A stretch of 64,000 bases of DNA from Octopus vulgaris (Eukaryota): positions 12,710,001 to 12,774,000 of the forward strand of contig OX597839.1 of NCBI GenBank assembly GCA_951406725.2, in the 5' to 3' direction. The notes beneath the pieces are model-generated. The model ran no database searches, was not told where the DNA came from, and saw only the letters and a program-made list of their open reading frames with translations. The stretch's first letter is position 1; each line of letters starts with the position of its first letter. A program made the position numbers and the translations under genes. Of the stretch, positions 25,299-38,591 are shown piece after piece.

Positions 25299-25712
25299 GG
25301 ATCTTTTCGGTTTGAACGGCAGTTTTTAACATAATTTCTAAGTAACTAAAAAATTTTAAACTTCGTATACTGGTAGAATGTGTTTATAAAACATCTTTTT
25401 CTCTTGGCTTTATTGAGAAAATTCTATAGTTTGTTAGATATTTGTTGTTTTCTTCAATTTCTGCAATTTCAACCTATCACTGACATTCATTGAGGTAAAC
25501 AACATTCTGTGCCGTATGAATATGTCCCTCATTTAAGAAACAGATTGGGTTTATTTACATTTGTGAAGAAAAAAAAGATACCCTTCCCCCCACCCCTAAC
25601 CCTAACCCTAAAATAGATTGAAATGCAATAGATCAATACTAGGGTCATAATTATGGGTGACAATTTCATATGACACTGCTAGAAAAAACTGCCGTTCAAA
25701 CCGAAAAGATCC
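25299..25712. mobile_element. Same MITE family, TSD ATGAACAG
   Basis: TSD at 25291-25298 and 25713-25720; inserted in a degenerate ~40-bp minisatellite. Confidence 0.92.
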
Positions 25713-26520
25713 ATGAACAGTAAGATGTGATGTGAAGGTATGATGTGGAGGTAAGATGTGCATTGGAGGTGTGTGGACAGCCAAATAAGACACAATGTAT
25801 GCCGAAGGTATGGGCAGTTAGATGTGATGCGATGTGTACTAGCGGTATGGACAGTCAGATGAGACACAAGGTATGCTGGATGTAAGGACAGTTAGATGTG
25901 ATCCAATGTGTGTTGGCGGTATAAACAGCCAAGTGTGATATAATGTGTACTGGTGGTATGGACAGTAAAATTTGATGTGTTCTGACAGTATAGACAGTAA
26001 GATGTGATGTGTGTTGGAGGTATGTACGGTTAGATCTCATATAATGTATGCTGCTGGTATTAACCATCAAGTGTGATAAAATATATACTGGAGGTATGGA
26101 GAGTGATATGTGTGACATATATGATAGATAGTTAAGTGGTAAAATGTTTGCTTCTGAACCACATGGTTTCAGGTTCAGCCCCACTGCATGGAACCTTGGG
26201 CAGGTGGATTTTACTATAGCCTTGGGCCAAGTACAGCCTCATGTGTGGGTTTGGTAGACAGAAACTGAAAGAAGCCTGTTGTGCGTGTGTTTGTCATTAC
26301 ACTTCTTGACAACTAGTGTTGATTTGTTTATGTCTTTGAAACCTAGCAGTTCAACAAATGAGAAGGACAAAATAAGAATCAGGCTTAAAATAAGTACCAG
26401 GGCCATGCCAGAGCACCTACAAGGTGGTGCTCCAGCATGGCCATAGTCTAATGACTGAAACAAGTAAAAGAGCAAACGAAAATCATCGTTGATAGATGAA
26501 GGAGGAGGTGTGAAACTTAC

Positions 26521-26681
26521 TTTTCATTTTCTTGCCGGATGTAGGTTTTCGGACCAATCTCAACACGAGTTACATTGGTGTTTTGATCAAGAACATGAAG
26601 ATAGTAATATGGAGGAATACGATTGATCATTGAATCTTCCATTGTCGATGATGTCTTTGCCTTTTTTTCAGCAGCAGACAT
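26521..26681 (-). CDS. MVP: Major vault protein, coding exon 1 ([53 protein letters not shown])
   Basis: Matches the MVP N-terminus (human [34 protein letters not shown]). Acceptor tttcag at 26707, so the exon has 5' UTR at 26682-26706. Donor gtaagt at 26520, phase 2. Confidence 0.95.
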
Positions 26682-26827
26682 TACCACACTTGAAGTGAAG
26701 CGTTTTCTGAAATAACAAACCAAATAAATAACCATCAGACAAGGGATACAGCAGTGGACCTCTTTTAGTTTTCATCTAATAGATTCACTCTCAAGGTTTT
26801 GGTCAGCCTGCATAAATATATATTACA

Positions 26828-27204
26828 CTAGCAGTATCGCCCGGCGTTGCTCGGGTTTGTAAGGGAAATAACTATATAAGCATTTTTAGAGAGTTATAGC
26901 CAAAAAAATAGAAAAAAAATGGAAAAAAAATTATGGTAAATTTTTTTTTAAATCGTTGACTCATCGTAGACATTTTTAGAGAGTTACTTCCTTTATATAA
27001 TAGCGAAAAAATGCATTAAAATGGAAAAAAATTATGGTAAATTTTTTTTTAAATCGTAGACTCACGCTAATACCCAGAAGGGCTCCATATGAATCACGAC
27101 TATAAGATACCCGGTTTTGGTTAAACTGCACCGCAAAATGTGGGAGTAGTTAGGAATCTAAATCGTAGGAGACAGACACACAACTTCTCTTTTATATATA
27201 AAGA
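26828..27204 (-). mobile_element. Non-autonomous Helitron (shorter relative of the 42858-43702 element)
   Basis: 5' TC, 3' hairpin plus CTAG, inserted between A and T; shares its 5' ~220 bp with 43480-43702. Confidence 0.85.
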
Positions 27205-29903
27205 TATTAACGAAGCCAATCAAAGCCCTGTGAGTAGATTTGGTAGATGGAAACTGAAAGAAGCTTCTTGTGTGTGTGTGTGTGTGCATGCCTTATCTAG
27301 GCATTCCAAGATAGTTGTAAATGCACATCATCATCATCACCATCAAGCAAGGTTGGGCATTTCCAGTCTTGGGTGAAAAAAAAATATCTAGCTATGGGAA
27401 AATACTATCTTGCTTGGAAATAGATGAGGGCTGATGACAGGAAAGGGATCCAGCCATAGAAAATCTCCTTCAACAAATAGCATGGAAAAGTAGACCTCAA
27501 ATGATGATGATGATGATGATGGACAGCAATTCTTGGGTTAAGGTTATTGAATAAAGGACAAAGTCAGATGCTAGCAAATTTTGAACAATGAACCTAATAA
27601 TAAAAATTATTATTATACCTGCATTTGTTTTAATGTTAACATTAGAAAAATCCACATTTTTCATTAAAAAATTAGGACCTGGGTTTGCACCTCCTTAGCA
27701 AATTTTGTTGCTGGGCCACTGTATATATATATTTCTTTACTACCCACAAGGGGTTAAACATAGAGGGGACAAACAAAGACAGACAAACAGATTAAGTCAA
27801 TTACATCGACCCCAGTGCGTAACTGGTACTTTATTTATCGACCCTGAATGGATGAAAGGCAAAGTTGACCTCGGCGGAATTTGAACTCAGAACGTAATGG
27901 CAGACGAAATACCGCTAAGCATTTCACCTGGCACGCTAACGTTTCTGCCCACTGTATATATATATAATATAAATATATGCATATATACAAACCTACATAT
28001 ATATATGTATATATACATGCATATATGGGTACAGGACATAAAAAAAGTCAACAAAATGAGAAACGAGAACATGCCCCATCACCACTTGACAACTGGTGTT
28101 GGTGTGTTTACGTCCCCATAACTTAGTTGTTCAGCAAAAGAGACCAAAAGAAAGTACCAGGCTTAAAAAGAAAAATAGTACTAAACACTAAATACTAAAA
28201 ATTCCTCAAGGCCTTGCCCCAGCATAGCCACAGTCTAATGACTGAAACAAGTAAAAGATAAAATATATATATATACATCATCACACATGGATACACATAA
28301 GCAGTCTCCTCCACCACCACTGCTAACCCCACCCCCCATCTTCCTGCTGGATTGAATCAGTTTGTACATGCTAACTTATTGTATCTCCTATCACCTAGCA
28401 ACGATATACTGACCAGCCAACTTGCTGTGTCTATTAGTAATGGTTCACTGACCAGCCCAATCATGGCGATAATCAATAGGGTCAGGACTTATCATTGGTG
28501 TATTGTGGAACCATAGATGGTCAACATTACACTTTTATCTTCTGATCTGTTTCAGTCACTGGACTGCAGCCATACTTGGTCATCACCTTACTCGTTTTTT
28601 AGTTTCAGTCATTTGACTGTGACCATGCTGGAGCACCGCCTTTAGTCGAGCAAATCGACCCCAGGACTTATTCTTTGTAAGCCTAGTACTTATTCCATCG
28701 GTCTTTTTCTTTCTTTTTTTTACCCAAACCGCTAAGTTACGGGGATGTAAACACATAAGCACCGGTTGTCAAGCGATGTTGGGGGGACAAACGCAGACAC
28801 ACACACACACACACACATATATATACATATATACGACGGGCTTCTTTCAGTTTCCGTCTACCAAATCCACTCACAAGGCTTTGGTCAGCCCGAGGCTATA
28901 GTAGAAGACACTTGACCAAGGTGCCACGCAGTGGGACTGAACCCGGAACCATGTGGTTCGTAAGCAAGCTACTTACCACACAGCCACTCTTGAAAGGTTT
29001 AATTGAATAAATTGACTCCATTAGTTATTATTAATTTTTTTTCTTACTGTATGCCTGGTACTTATTCTATCAGTCTCTTATACTGAACTGCTAAGTTATG
29101 GGATGTAAACAAAACAACATCAGTTGTCCAGCGGTGGCAGGAGATAACATACACACTAATCGCCACTATATTCCGGCAACTTCTATAAGCTATAGGTGCA
29201 GGAATGGCTGTGTGGTAAGAAGCTTGCTTCCTAACTACATGGTTCTGGGTTCAGTCCCACTGCATGACACCTTACACAAGTTTCTTCTTCTATAGCCTCA
29301 GGCTGACCAAAAGCCTTGTAGGCGGATTTGGTAAATGGAAACTGAAAGAAGCCTGTCGTGTGTGTATCTTTGTGCCTATGTTTGTCACCAACCACCACTT
29401 GACAACTGGTATCAGTGTGTTTACATCCCCATAACTTTGTAGTTCAGCAAATGAGACAAATAGAATAAGTACTCTGCTTAAAAAATAAACCCTGGGGTCA
29501 ATTTCTCCAACTAAAATCTTTCAAGGCAGTGCTCCAGCATGACTGAAACAAGTAATAGATGAAAGATAAAAAAAAAAAAACACAAACATGTGGGCTTCTA
29601 TCAATTTCCATCTACCAAATTATCTCAATCTCAAGGCTTTGGTCAGCCCAGGGCTACAATAAAAGAAACTTTCCCAAGGTACCATGCAGTAGAACTGAAC
29701 CTGCAACCATATAGTTGGGAAGCAAACTTCTTGCTGCACTTCTCTTTGTGCTTATCAAGAAAATACGGTCAATTCCTCAAGATCAGTAGTCTTTATCCTG
29801 TCCTCAGCATCATATTGTGGCCATGACCAATACCACCTGGCTTCTACAATCCATCTTTTGTCTGGTTGAACTATAGTGTTCAGTCATATGAGAGAAATCA
29901 GTC

Positions 29904-29971
<68 letters not shown>

Positions 29972-29989
29972 CTTCATGCCTGTGTTTGT

Positions 29990-31035
29990 TGTCTGCACAG
30001 TATGGTACCTACTAGCAGTCACATGGTCTCCCACAATGTGGTACCTAATAGCAGCCATGTGGTTTGTCATAGTGTTGTACCTACTAACAGCCAGTTGGTC
30101 TGCCACAGGGTGGTACCTAATAGCAGCTGGGTGGTCTGACACAGTATGGTACCTACTAGTAGCCACATGGTCTGTCATAGTGTGGTACCCACTAGCAGCC
30201 AGTTGGTCTGCCACAGTGTAGTATCAACTAATCACCAAGTAGTGTGTCACAGTGTGGTACCTACTAGCACCCACATGGTCTGCCATAGTGTGGTACCTAA
30301 TAGCAACCATGTTGTCTACCAGCATGGTACCTATGAGCAGCCAGATGGTCTGCCACAGTGTAGTATCAACTAACAACCAAGTGGTGTATTACAGTATGGT
30401 ACCTACTAGTAGCCAGATGGTCTGTCACAGTGTGGTACCCACTAGCAGCCAGTTGGCCTGCCACAGTGTAGTATCAACTAATCACCAAGTAGTGTCACAG
30501 TGTGGTACCTACTAGCAGCCACATGGTCTGCCATAGTGTGGTACCTAATAGCAACCATGTTGTCTGCCAGCATGGTACCCATGAGCAGCCAGATGGTCTG
30601 CCACAGTGTAGTATCAACTAACAACGAAGTGGTGTATTACAGTATGGTACCTACTAGTAGCCACATGGTCTGTCACAGTGTGGTACCTACTAGTAGCCAC
30701 ATGGTCTGCCATAGTGTGGTACCTAATAGCAACCATGTTGTCTGCCACAGTGTTGTATCAACTAACAACCAAGTGGTGTATTACAGTATGGTACCTACTA
30801 GTAGCCAGATGGTCTGTCACAGTGTGGTACCCACTAGCAGCCAGATGGTCTGCCACAGTGTAGTATCAACTAACCACCAAGTAGTGTGTCACAGTGTGGT
30901 ACCTAATAGCAACCATGTTGTCTGCCAGCGTGGTACCCTCAAGCAGCCAGATGATCTACCACAGTGTATTATCAACTAACAACCAAGTGGTGTATTACAG
31001 TATGGTTCCTACTAGTAACTATGTGATCTGTCATA
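29990..31035. repeat. 36-bp minisatellite (~29 units) with higher-order structure
   Basis: GGTACC-type motif at 36-bp spacing (30004, 30040, 30112...). Confidence 0.9.
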
Positions 31036-34000
31036 GAAGCTGAAAGGATGAAAGGCAAAGTCGACTTTCGTGGGATTCGAACTTGGAGAGCAGTGTCAAA
31101 ACAAATACCAAAAAGCATTTTATCTGAAGCTCTAATAACTCGACCAACATGCTGACATGAAATTAAAATCCTTGGAGAGTTGACTTCTTTCATCATATTG
31201 AAGTCGGGCGATGATGGTGGTGAATGATATTGTTGTTGGTGGTGGTGGTGGTGGTGGGGGTATTGATAAAATTTTTATGGCTTTGTGGCAAAAATAGAAA
31301 GCATTGTTTCTATTCTTTATAGTTTTTTTTCTTTGTAGCAGTAGTTGTGATAGCAACAATAATTACAACCAACTACAAACAATTACCACCACCACCACAA
31401 GCACTACTACTACTACTACAGCAATAATACAAGCAACTGTAGCTGTTTGAAATGTCATGAGTAGCGGCAGTAGTAGTAGTAACAATAACAACTATTCTTA
31501 CTGCTACTACTACTACTACAATACTCTTTTACTTGTTTCAGTCATTTGACTGTGGCCATGCTGGAGCACCACCTTTAGTCGAGCAAATTAACCCCAGGAC
31601 TTATTCTTTGTAAGCCTAGTACTTAATCTATCGGTCTCTTTTGCCGAACTGCTAGGTTACGGGGACGTAAACACACCATCACCAGTTGTCAAGCGATGTT
31701 GGAGGATAAACACAGACACACAAACATATACACACACACACACACACACACATATAGATATAAGACAAGCTTCTTTCAGTTTCTGTCTACCGCATCCACT
31801 CACAAGGCTTTGGTCAGCCCGAGGCCATAGTAGAAGACACTTGCCCAAGGTGCCACACAGGGACTGAACCCGGAACCATGTGGTTGGTAAGCAAGCTACT
31901 TACCGCACAGCCACTCCTACGCCTAACTCTTACAATATACAATAGCAGCAGTTGACATGACAGAAACAACAACTACTATAGTAACAATTATACATTACAT
32001 CATCAATAACAATAAAACTATTCATAACTATTACTTCAACAATGACTATGAGGCAACACTTGTGATCCAAGCATCTCTTGTCGATGTTGACTAACATTGA
32101 TGGCCTTAATTTGTCTTGAGTTTCCTTTTTTCACTCAATGGTGATGGTGAGTGTTAGGGTGGTGGTAGCAAAGCGAGAGCATGTGTGTGTGTGTGTGAGC
32201 GAGTTTCTTTAATCTTTTACTTGTTTCAGTCATTCAACTGCGGCCATGCTGGAGCACACTGCCTTGAAGAAATTTTAGTTGAATGAATCGACTCAGTAAT
32301 TATTATCATTCTCGTTAAGCCGGGCACTTATTTTATTGAAGTCTTTTGCCAAACCGCTAAGTTACAGGCGGGGATGTAAACGCACTAACACTGGTTGTCA
32401 AGTGATGATAGGGGACAAACACAAAAACAAAGACATACACGCATATGTATGTATGTATATGATGGGTTCTTTCAGTTTCCATCTACCAAATCCATTCACA
32501 AGGCTTTGGTCAGTCCGAGGATATAGTAGAAGACACTTCCCCAAGATGCCACGCAGTGGAACTGAACCCGAAGCCATGTGCACACCAGCCTTCTTCAGAT
32601 GTTTTGTGTTGAACTTGTATCAGAATTTCAAACACTGTTCTCATTCTGCTCTCTATGTTCCATAACATTGTTGTTTTTGGCAACGATCACGCTCGAATGG
32701 TACTCTTAGTGCTCCACTAGCACGGACGCCAGTCATCGAATTTGATTTCGATTTCACTTGCCTCAAACAGGTCTTCACAAGCAGAGATAACGAAGATATC
32801 TGAAGTGATTTGTCGAGTTGTCACGGAAACAGCCAAGTATTTGATTTGGTTTTGTGGAGTTATATCGAAAGATTGCCTTATATAAATATATCACGTGACT
32901 GACCAGGCTATCAGATGTTGCTACACATTGCTGGTCACAATGCACTTTGCATTGTTTTAGCCTTCAAATGACACCACCCTGCTGGCTAAGCAAGCAGGCC
33001 TACAGAAGAAAGAGTGAGAGAAAGTTGGGGTGAAAGAGTACAAGAGGGTTCGCCATCACCCCTTGCCGGCGCCTTGTGGAGTTTTAGGTGTTTTTGCTCA
33101 ATAAACACTCACAACACTCGATCTGGGAATCGAAACCGCAATCCTATGACTGCGAGTCCGCTGCCCTAACCACTGGGCCATTGCGCCTCCACATATATAT
33201 GAGACACATCTGCACTGCCAGATGTACCTGAACCAGTTATTAAGTGTCCCATACATGGGGGATCAATGCTAGATGTGTCGAAACAATTGTCATGATTAAT
33301 AAAAATTCTTGTGTATTCCATCTTCCATGCACAGCTGTGACAGTGTGGTAAGAAGCTTGCTTCCCAACCACATGGTTCTGGGTGCAGTCCCGCTGTGTAG
33401 CACCTTGGGCAAGTGTCTTCTACTATAACCTCGGGCCAACCAAAGCCTTGTGAGTGGATTTGGTAGATAGACAACCAATATTGGTGTGTTTACATCCCTG
33501 TAACTTAACAGTTCGGTAAAAGAGACCGATAGAATAAGTACCAGGATTACAAAGAATAAGTCCTGGGGTTGATTTGTTCGACTAAAGGCAGTGCTCCAGC
33601 ATGGCCATTCAAATGACAGAAACAAATAAAAGAATAATATATATATTCTTTTATTCTTTTGCTTGTTTCAGTCATTTGATTGTGACCATGCTGGAGCACT
33701 GCCTTTAGTCAAATAAATCGACCCCAGGGCTTATTCTTTGTAAGCTTGGTACTTATTCTATCGGTTTCTTTTGCCAAATCACTAAGTTACAGAGACGTAA
33801 ACAGAGGTATGCATGGAATTCATGCTTCAACAAATAAGTGTCCTACATTGTACAAAGAGAGCTAGTTAATATTTTCTTAAGACTGTAGCACGATGTTTGA
33901 CACAGATTTGACAGCTATATCTAGCAATTTAGGCAACAGAGTAGAGAAGAAATGTACACTAAGAAATACTCTTAGTGGAAAGCTTATATAAAATATAACA

Positions 34001-34319
34001 TGGTGACAAAGATACAAAATATGTATAATAATTATACACTCATGGAGTACACGTACACACACACACACACACACACAATACATACAGGCAGGATCTGTAT
34101 ATTAAAATATACCAAAACAACAAACTGTTAGATTTTTTTTCAGTTTTAGTGAATAAACAGAGCAAAATCAATCGGGACAAGAACCTGTTCATAGTTTGAG
34201 GTTGAAGATTAAATATTAGCTTGCTGATGACTTTGATGGGTACACTACCTAGATCTTTCTTTTCTTTTTGTCTGTCTTTTTTTTTTGTTTTGTTTTTTGC
34301 TTGCAATATTATACAAACA

Positions 34320-35827
34320 TGAAGAGGCAAGCTGGCAAAATCTCTTTAGCATGCTAGGCTAAATGCAAAGCAGCGTTTTGTCTGTCTTTATGTTCTCAGT
34401 TCAAATTGACTTTGTCATTCATCCTTGTGGGGTGGGGGTCAATAAAACAAGCACCAATGGAGTATTGAGAGTCGATGTAATTGACTTACTCCCTTCCCTG
34501 AAATTACTAACTAGCCTTACACCAATCTTATATGAACATAAGGCAAAGAGCAGGCAGGATTTTTAGCATGACAGGCAAAATGCTTAACAGCATTTCATGC
34601 ATCTTCATGTATTGAATTCAATTCCATTAAAGTCGATTTTTGCCTTTCAAAATCAAAATCGACCAACATGGAAATTGTAGTTGTGATACCAGTGCCAGTG
34701 GCACGTAAGAGAACCATCCGAACGTGGCCGTTGTCAGCGCCGCCCGAACTGGCCTCCGTGCCAGTGGCACGTAAAAAGCACCATCCGATCGTGGCCACTG
34801 CCAGCCTCGTCTGGCACGTAAAAAGCACCCACTACACTCACGGAGTGGTTGGCGTTAGGAAGGGCATCCAGCTGTAAAAACACTACCAGATCAGACTGGG
34901 CCTGGTGCAGCCTCCTGGCTTCCCAGACCCCAGTTGAACCATCCAACCCATGCTAGCATGGAAAGCGGACGTTAAACGATGATGATGATGATCCTTTCAT
35001 GCTGGTAAAATAAGTACCAGTTGAACACTGGAGTTGATGTAATTGATTTACCCCGTCACAAAATTACTGGCTTTGTGCCAAAATTAGAAATCAGTATTAT
35101 ACAAACATAGAATAGTGAACTGGTAGAAATGTTAGCATGTTGGGCAAAATGCTTAGCAACATTTCATCCTTCTTTACATTCTAAGTCCAAATTCCATCAA
35201 AGTTCAGTTGCCTTTCATCCTTTAAGGGTTGATAAAATGAGTACCAGCTGAGTACTGGTGGCCTTGTCAAAATTTGAAACCAATATTATACAGACATATA
35301 AGATAGTGAACTGGCAAAAATATTAGCGTGCCAAGCAAAATGCTTAACAGCATGTTGTCCATCTTTATGTTCTGAGTTCAAATTCCGCTGAGGACGACTC
35401 TGCTTTTCATCCTTTCATGGTTAATAAAATAAGTACCAGTTGATTACTGGGGTCGATGTAAATAACTTATCCACTCCCTCAAAATTGCCTTGTTCCAAAA
35501 GTAGAAACCAGTATTATATACAGATATATAAACCAGTGAGCTGACAGAATCATTAGCCCATCAGAATGTATTTTTTCTGAGTTCAAATTCTGCTAAAGTC
35601 ATCCCCAAAAGGATGAATCCTTTTGGCGTTGATAAAATGAGTACCAGTTAAGCACTAAGGTCAATGTAATCAATTAGCACCCTTCCCAAAAATGTTTGGT
35701 TCTTGTGCCTATAACAGAAAGGAATATTATGGAAATATATAAAAAAGCAAGCTGGCAGAATTGTTGCTGCATTGGACAAAATGCTTAGTGGAATTTCTTT
35801 ATGTTCAGAGTTCAAATTTCACTGAGG
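34320..35827 (+). repeat. Head-to-tail array of about six Nin-domain SINE monomers
   Basis: The ~200-bp unit CTGGCAxAA...GAGTTCAAATT...AGTACCAG...TATTATA recurs; unit 2 is interrupted by a Meta-like SINE. Confidence 0.75.
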
Positions 35828-36230
35828 GATCCAAATGGAAATTCCTTTAATTATGCTATTTAAAACAGATCGAGGGCAATTAGAATGGATGTTAATGTAT
35901 TCTAAGCCAAGAGTAACATCCAAGAAGCAGGGTACTTTAGTGCTGTTTTCAAAGGAGATACAGAGGCTATAGTTCTTGACGAGCTTATGAAGGGCTTTCT
36001 AGATAAACTCAATGGCTAGCCTTGATGTTCTCATGGCTGCAAGAAGATGCTCATTAATTTGATAGTAGAAAAAGACCCGCTAGGTTGGTAAATCGGGCAG
36101 TGTTGGAGGAGCCCACAGAGATATCAAAGCGGTAGATGGTTGAATTTGAGGACCACTATTTGTTGTTAAAAGGCAGGTGAGATTTTTGAGCTGTTAAGAT
36201 AATGTCTATGTCCAACCAAGAAAGAGTTGT
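35828..36230 (-). mobile_element. Decayed Penelope-like RT fragment
   Basis: Frameshifted translations DISVGSPNTARFTNLAGLFLL and ISFENSTKVPCFLDVTLGL-YINIHSNCP resemble PLE RT motifs. Confidence 0.6.
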
Positions 36231-36520
36231 GCAAACCCTAGTGAAAGGGTCAGAAGTGGTTGTTTGTAAATTTCTACCACTTCACCAGCTCCAATTTCGG
36301 GCTTCCTAATCCCCCCAGTTGTAATCCTATAGTTTACTATGTGTGGGGCACAGTTGAGAAAGACACCAACTGCTCTCCCTACAACACCAAGGCCAAGCTG
36401 GTGACCTTTTTTGAAGATCTTTTGATGGACACAGTGAGGAATATATGCACCAAAGTTCCAGAACCATCTTGAAGCTGTGGTGGAAGCTGAGGGTGGCTAC
36501 TCTGAGTAAATTATTTTTTC
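36230..36520 (+). mobile_element. Decayed Tc1/mariner-superfamily transposase fragment
   Basis: LPNPPSCNPIVYYVWGTVEKDTN resembles the WPPNSPDLNPLDY.VWG motif. Confidence 0.65.
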
Positions 36521-37454
36521 CCAGCTATAATCGAGTCTATGTTTTGATTGCTTAAAATAATTTTGTTTTTGGATGGGATATTATTTTCTTTTTCTTTTTA
36601 GGCAAACTGTAAAATTTAGAATATGTGTGTTTGTAAGTATTTATAACTTCATTTTAATCGTGAAAAGTTCAACGAAGGTGTATTAAGAATTTTTTACCAC
36701 TAAAAATGCGTATTACATGTATTTCAATATATGGAATAGTATAACTTGAAAAATTACGAAAAGGATTCATTATTTTGTGAAGGCTCCTCTTCATCCTATT
36801 ATTTTGAAGCATGGGATAAAATTTACTTTGGAAAAATCTCGACAAAAACAGAGAATATTAACCCATTCAGGTCAGCTCTTCCGAAATTCCACAGTGTACA
36901 TCAATGGACGAATAAATATACTCTTTTGCGTGTATTGCGTACCATATTTACTCCACGGATTTTGTTTTACTATCTTCCTAAATGTTTCATTTTATTTGAA
37001 TTAAGACCGTTTCTCAGGAGTTTAATCATCGGACAACCGATTTATCAAATAAGCTAGCTGATTGATATCTATATCTATATATCCGAGAAGTCCAGAAGTA
37101 AAAATAAAATGATCGTCTGTAGTTTCAGACGTCTTCAGAAACTAATTTTTTGTGTGAATAATACCCCAAGACTGCAAATCTTGAGAAATATACCAACAAC
37201 ATTTATATATAATTACCACCATCCCATTTTCACAAGAGGGTGCTTTGATGGTGCAATACTTAGATAACTACACACCCACACATACACTGTATAGTGTAGA
37301 GTTCCAATCCTATGAAAGCTTTAGTGAATCTTTAATTAATTATCGAAGATCTTAACTAAAATTATAACCTTATTTATCAAAACAAAATGTAAAAACTGCT
37401 TTAATCCATTAAAGATATTGTTTTTATTTTGTCCAAATTTGTCGGATGTGCTAG

Positions 37455-38015
37455 TGTATGTATGTGTATGTATATATATATATGTGTATATATATACACG
37501 GACATGCTTTTGTACATATATATACATACATACATATACGTACGTATATACATATGCATACATATGTACATATACGTCCATACATATGCATACATATGTA
37601 CATATACGTCCATACATATGTACATATATACATATGTACATATATACATATGTACATATATACATTCATACATACATATGTACATATATACATTCATATG
37701 TACATATATACATTCATACATTCATATGTACATATATACATTCATACATACATATATACATTCATACGTACATATATACATTCATACATACATATATACA
37801 TTCATACATACATATATACATTCATACATACATATATACATTCATACATACATATATACATTCATACATACATATATACATTCATACATACATACATTCA
37901 TACATACATATATACATTCATACATACATATATACATTCATACATACATATATACATTCATATGTACATATATACATACATATGTACATATACATACATA
38001 CATACATACATACAA
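37455..38015. repeat. Compound TACA/TATA microsatellite with a 20-bp unit (TTCATACATACATATATACA)
   Basis: Read directly; explains the long spurious ORFs. Confidence 0.95.
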
Positions 38016-38037
38016 ACAAACGTATTATTCTTACATA

Positions 38038-38078
38038 AGTCCGACGAAAGCTTAGCTGGCTGAAACTTTGAAGTCACT
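38038..38078 (+). ncRNA. Minimal hammerhead-like motif (U4C variant) with a GUC site
   Basis: AGT-CCGACGA-A-AGC(ttagctg)GCT-GAAA-CTTTGAAG-TC-ACT. Confidence 0.5.
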
Positions 38079-38591
38079 ATCAACAACATTCTTGTATAAG
38101 AATAAATATACATGTGTGTGTGTGTAGAGAGAGAGAGAGAGAAATAAGAACAAAGTCAGCGACAACTGAATAAAAATAAAAATGATTCAATACATGAAAG
38201 ATACGTTTGTGAAAACAAGTTTGTGTCTTTACAAAAAGAAAAATAGTGAAAAATAAGTCAGTTGGAGTTCATAAGACGTTCAGAAAAATTCAAGAAGTAG
38301 ATTAAATTTTTTTTTCTTTTATCGGGCTTTCAAGGTTTTTTGGGGGTTTTTTTTCCGTGGAATGAGTGGAAGATGGAGCTCCATCCAAACAAATGTAGTA
38401 GTAGTTACAACAGTGCATTCGCTATTAGCCACGAGGGTGACAAAATATCGGGAACTGTACTGTTAAAAAAAAATCGTAAACGAAGAAAATAACAAAAACA
38501 GAAAAATTCAAAAGAAAGAAACAAATCCTCAAAAGGTGGGGATCGAGGAGACCTCCGAGAGTTTCACGTGTAAACCCTGTAAACAACCCCT

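Noticed and set aside
25590-25612. Telomere or chromosome-fusion relic (CCCTAA repeats)
   Set aside because: Only two or three units, internal to a multicopy MITE.
29876-30979. Repetitive protein ORFs or a CRISPR-like array
   Set aside because: Contiguous tandem monomers with no unique spacers, frame-breaking 34-bp units, and a eukaryotic intronic context.
37336-38063. ORFs of 200+ aa rich in Y/I/H/T (also 16052-16567, 49328-49752, 54624-55210)
   Set aside because: These are translations of microsatellites.
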